Source: an uncultured Gammaproteobacteria bacterium (GTDB taxonomy: Bacteria > Pseudomonadota > Gammaproteobacteria > JABCZS01). From it: a stretch of DNA of 64,000 nt. Under the pieces are notes generated by a model. It saw only the letters and a list, made by a program, of their open reading frames with translations. It did not search any database and had not been told where the DNA came from. Made by a program: the position numbers and the translations under genes. The DNA lies in NCBI GenBank assembly GCA_963848305.1, contig CAWKDC010000001.1, positions 1,184,001-1,248,000 of the forward strand, in the 5' to 3' direction. This document shows, piece by piece, positions 60,550-64,000 of this stretch (positions are counted from its first letter, which is position 1; each line of letters opens with the position of its first letter).

Positions 60550-62667
60550 TTATTCAGTCCCAGTAGTGCGTTGTTTGCTTTTGTTTTTCGGTTTTGCCGG
60601 GCTCTCATTATCGGCTTGATAGCCGGAGTTGTTATCTTCTGTTAAAATATTTCGGTTCGTTGGTGTTGCGCCTTGTTCCTTCATGCTTTTTCTCAATAGA
60701 TGGCTGGGTTTAGGATGCTGATATGCAAATAAGACAGGTTTTGTTTTATTTTGACCATGTGTTTTGAGATAGCAATCATCTTCTTTGCTGAGCACTGCGT
60801 TGTATAATGCTTCACGCAATGCACGGGTTTTAGCAAAAATGCGCACAGTCCCATAAGGGTTTCTGTCGGTCATCATTTGTTCATGCTTCAATCCACTGCT
60901 GACAAATATCACTGCGCGTGTTTCCGGATCTTTAAACAAATCTTTGAGTGCCTGCCTCATTTCAGCGACAGTGCTAGAAGTCACATCCAACACAACAAAT
61001 TCATTGTTGCTCGGCAGGCTGAGCGTTTTGTGGGTTTGGGCAACGTTAGCATAATTAAGATCGAAAAAAGGAATGTTGATTTTTCCAAATTTATTTTGGT
61101 ATTTATCTCTCACGTTGAAAGAAGGTTGAAGGTTGTGTTTCCCTTCGAGTGCCTCTTCTGTTTCATAATACATATATTCAGTTGAGGCTCTGCTTGCAAA
61201 GTAACTTCTGCCGGTTTCTTCAGATTTGACAAATTTAATGGCGTAGAACGCTAATTGAATAGCTCGCATGCCTGTTGCGCAAATGAGTTTCTTTGATTTA
61301 ACTGATACAGTTTTATTTTTGCCAACGTCCAGGTCAGCTTCCACGTCAGAATCCGAGCCATAGCCATCTGTTGCCTCAATATTTTTACGAGGATGAAACA
61401 CATGAGCAGTGGATATTTTTTCGAGTTGATAGTAAAAATCTTCTCGCGGGGTTTCTGCAATGAAGCGTGTGATTTGAGCTTCAGTTTGGTTGAAAAAACG
61501 CAAATATTGAGACAGAAAATTGCGGAATTCATCATCCATGGGCAAATGAGACCCCGTATGACTCCATTCAAACGTTTCGGGCTCTTCGGCGTAAGTAATT
61601 TTGACCGTACTATTTTGAATGGTCAATGTTTCTAAGGCATCTGAAAACGGTTTGACAAAACATTTAACGAAAAGCTTTTTATTCTCCAAAATATTGGATA
61701 GTGGTTCAGGTGTTGAAAAAAGTGCACTCAACATCTGATCAATAATAGATTCCAGGGTTTTTTCATTTCTACTCAGCTGAGTCATGCCTGACTTATTTTG
61801 AAAATCACAGCCATTCCAGAGTGCTTCCCAAACTGTGTCGGCGACCTCAAGAGTTTTTTTGGCATTGCCTCGTTTTTTTGCTTTATTCTTCTTGTCAAAA
61901 TAAGATTCAATGTCTTCTTTAAAAGAGAGCAGATCAATTTCTTCATCAAAATGATCTAAATAGTGTCCTGTATTCACGATTTTGTTTAAAATTAAAATGC
62001 CTCTGACAATGAGATCGGCGTAGGCTTTAGGGATAAGACCAGGATTAATGCGCATACTTGGCTCGCAGTCAGAGACTGCCGGGCGAAGGCTACCGAAACT
62101 GGAACGCCTTACCATTTCAATGTTTATTCCTGTTTCGCACGATAATTCATTCATGATGGCAACAAAGAATATGGATAAAAAATTGACCCAACCACGTTTC
62201 TTGTCTATGCTTTCTCGCATGCCGAAATCTAATAGTATGCACGTATAGCCGTTATCACAATTTACTTTCAGCGCTTTATGGCCATCGGATTTATCTTCAC
62301 GTATCTTGGTCACAATATATTGTGCCATCATGCGTTGGTATATGATGTTCATGTCATATATGTTCGGTAGGATTGGGTGAGCGGGACCCCTGATTGGTTG
62401 TACGGCATCCTTATATTCATCATAATGAAATGGACTGAAAAAAGCACCTGTTTTGGCGAGCTGGGTAGTTTGCTTCCGGTTGGATAAAAATGTGAATTGA
62501 TATTGCGTTACATCGTTGGGATGACGTTTGTCAACGCTTCGCATATACGAATTCCAATGTTTAGCATCTGCCATATTGTGGTACTCACCAAACCGTGCCC
62601 GATATTCGCAGACAGGAAATAATGCGGAATCTTCGTTTTGAGGATTGTTCATCGAGCGGCCAACCAT
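60550..62667 (-). CDS. Large orphan protein with PLP-lyase-like motifs; effector-like
   Basis: 705-aa AT-rich ORF; RRSSFG..RINPG, ATGMRAI, YYET, VLDVTS, SSGLKHEQ. Confidence 0.7.
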   Translation of the reverse strand: MVGRSMNNPQNEDSALFPVCEYRARFGEYHNMADAKHWNSYMRSVDKRHPNDVTQYQFTFLSNRKQTTQLAKTGAFFSPFHYDEYKDAVQPIRGPAHPILPNIYDMNIIYQRMMAQYIVTKIREDKSDGHKALKVNCDNGYTCILLDFGMRESIDKKRGWVNFLSIFFVAIMNELSCETGINIEMVRRSSFGSLRPAVSDCEPSMRINPGLIPKAYADLIVRGILILNKIVNTGHYLDHFDEEIDLLSFKEDIESYFDKKNKAKKRGNAKKTLEVADTVWEALWNGCDFQNKSGMTQLSRNEKTLESIIDQMLSALFSTPEPLSNILENKKLFVKCFVKPFSDALETLTIQNSTVKITYAEEPETFEWSHTGSHLPMDDEFRNFLSQYLRFFNQTEAQITRFIAETPREDFYYQLEKISTAHVFHPRKNIEATDGYGSDSDVEADLDVGKNKTVSVKSKKLICATGMRAIQLAFYAIKFVKSEETGRSYFASRASTEYMYYETEEALEGKHNLQPSFNVRDKYQNKFGKINIPFFDLNYANVAQTHKTLSLPSNNEFVVLDVTSSTVAEMRQALKDLFKDPETRAVIFVSSGLKHEQMMTDRNPYGTVRIFAKTRALREALYNAVLSKEDDCYLKTHGQNKTKPVLFAYQHPKPSHLLRKSMKEQGATPTNRNILTEDNNSGYQADNESPAKPKNKSKQRTTGTE

Positions 62668-62711
62668 AATAATAGATGAGGTGAATATTGTAGCATAATT
62701 AAACCTAATAT

Positions 62712-63497
62712 TTAAAATAACTCCACCAATCTCACATAATCCGCCACACTCAAATTCTGTGGCCGTGCATTGGGATCAATGCCTAGTTGTGCAAAGATAT
62801 CATCTGAAATAATATTTTTCAAATTATTGCGAATTGTTTTGCGTCGCTGGCTGAAGGCTTGTTGAACAAATTTTTCAAATTTGATTTTATCAACATGTGC
62901 ATATAATGCAGCAGGATGCGGAATCAATCGCACAATGCCGGAAGTGACTTTCGGTGGCGGTGTGAATGCATCACGATCAACATCAAAACATTTTTCAACG
63001 TGACAATAAAATTGGACCATCACGGATAAACGGCTGTATTCGGAATCTCCGACGTTGGCAGCCATGCGATCGACCACCTCTTTTTGAAGCATGAAATGCA
63101 TGTCTTCAATCAAATCGATATATTCGAAACAGTGAAATAAAATCGGTGAAGAAATGTTGTAAGGTAAATTGCCGACGACGCGAATTTTTTGTGCGCCCTG
63201 CCCTAGTTGTCTGAAATCAACTTTTAATACGTCTTTTTCAATGATTGTTAATGCCCCAACATTTTTTGTTTTTTCAATCAACAATGGGATCACATCACGA
63301 TCTAATTCGATCGCTATTAATTTTTTCGTTTTACTTAATAAAGGGATCGTTAATGCTCCTAATCCTGGGCCAATTTCAATGCAAAAATTTTCAGGTGTTG
63401 GGTCGATTGCGTCAATGATTTGCTGTATAATGCGATTGTCGTGTAGGAAATGTTGTCCAAATCTTTTTCGCGGATAATGATCTAAATCGTGGTTCAT
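62712..63497 (-). CDS. rsmA: 16S rRNA adenine dimethyltransferase
   Basis: RKRFGQHFL, EIGPGLGALT, GNLPYNISSP, MLQKEV, PPPKV.S, FSQRRKT. Confidence 0.98.
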   Translation of the reverse strand: MNHDLDHYPRKRFGQHFLHDNRIIQQIIDAIDPTPENFCIEIGPGLGALTIPLLSKTKKLIAIELDRDVIPLLIEKTKNVGALTIIEKDVLKVDFRQLGQGAQKIRVVGNLPYNISSPILFHCFEYIDLIEDMHFMLQKEVVDRMAANVGDSEYSRLSVMVQFYCHVEKCFDVDRDAFTPPPKVTSGIVRLIPHPAALYAHVDKIKFEKFVQQAFSQRRKTIRNNLKNIISDDIFAQLGIDPNARPQNLSVADYVRLVELF

Positions 63498-63536
63498 GGA
63501 ATGAGTCACCAAAACAATGGAAGGGAGTATTTTATC

Positions 63537-63922
63537 ATGTTGGTCAAAAATAATCCTCATATTCATATCAAAGCACGCTCAGAATATATTATGTCTCAGT
63601 CAAGTCCAGAGGATGATCGTTACTTCTTTTCGTACACGATAGAAATCAGCAACTTGAGCGAGCAGACAGTAAAATTACTCTCTCGGCGCTGGGTTGTGAC
63701 AGATGCCCATGGGATGGAGCAAGTGATTGAAGGTTCAGGCGTGGTCGGTGAGCAGCCGGTGATCAAGCCCCAGGGGCCTTCCGATACACCAGTTGCGCAC
63801 TGTTGAAAACCCCTGTGGGGAGCATGGAGGGCAGCTATCGTTTCATGGTTCTTGAGACAACGGAGACCTTTGTTGCCCCCATCCCGGCCTTTGGTTTGGC
63901 AGATCCTGTTGTATTGCATTAA
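63537..63922 (+). CDS. apaG: ApaG protein (apparent frameshift in a G-run near 63775)
   Basis: FSYTIEI.N, LLSRRW..TD, G.GVVGEQP, then YTS..LKTPVGSMEGSY in the next frame. Confidence 0.93.
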
Positions 63923-64000
63923 AAAGATGCTGTGGATGTCTTGTCTTCTTGTCATGATCCTGAGAAAATAGCCCAGCCGCGCGTGAGCGGCATCGTGGAG

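Overview
This is a gene-dense chromosomal window from a gammaproteobacterium; gene content and order suggest a Legionellales/Coxiella/Berkiella-like lineage (inference). The housekeeping backbone is topA, nhaA, yggT, trmB, putP, asmA-mutY-yggX-tRNA-Phe, tRNA-Ser, rpiA, the cytochrome oxidase assembly genes, icd, tsaC, hemCDXY, a short arn-like operon, rpe-djlA-murU-amgK/lptD-surA, rsmA and apaG. Accessory elements interrupt it. (1) An 11.6 kb chromosomal type IVb pilus operon (TcpQ/PilL-PilN-PilO-PilP-PilQ-PilR-PilS) ends in three full-length PilV-like tip adhesin paralogs, with no shufflon recombinase or conjugation genes; an orphan MshM/ExeA-MshN-like pair lies just upstream. (2) Secreted proteins built from an unrecognised helix-plus-disulfide repeat are inserted in the cox assembly locus. 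(3) A 705-aa orphan carries Cys/Met-lyase PLP motifs in circularly permuted order. (4) There are four AAA-ATPase/PD-(D/E)xK genes, one intact and three reduced; three of the four have their own palindromic upstream operator. (5) A HipBA-like module is present. About ten small frameshifts, several in homopolymers and some in essential genes (lptD, tsaC), point to long-read assembly errors rather than real pseudogenes. All calls come from motif recognition by eye; no database searches were run.
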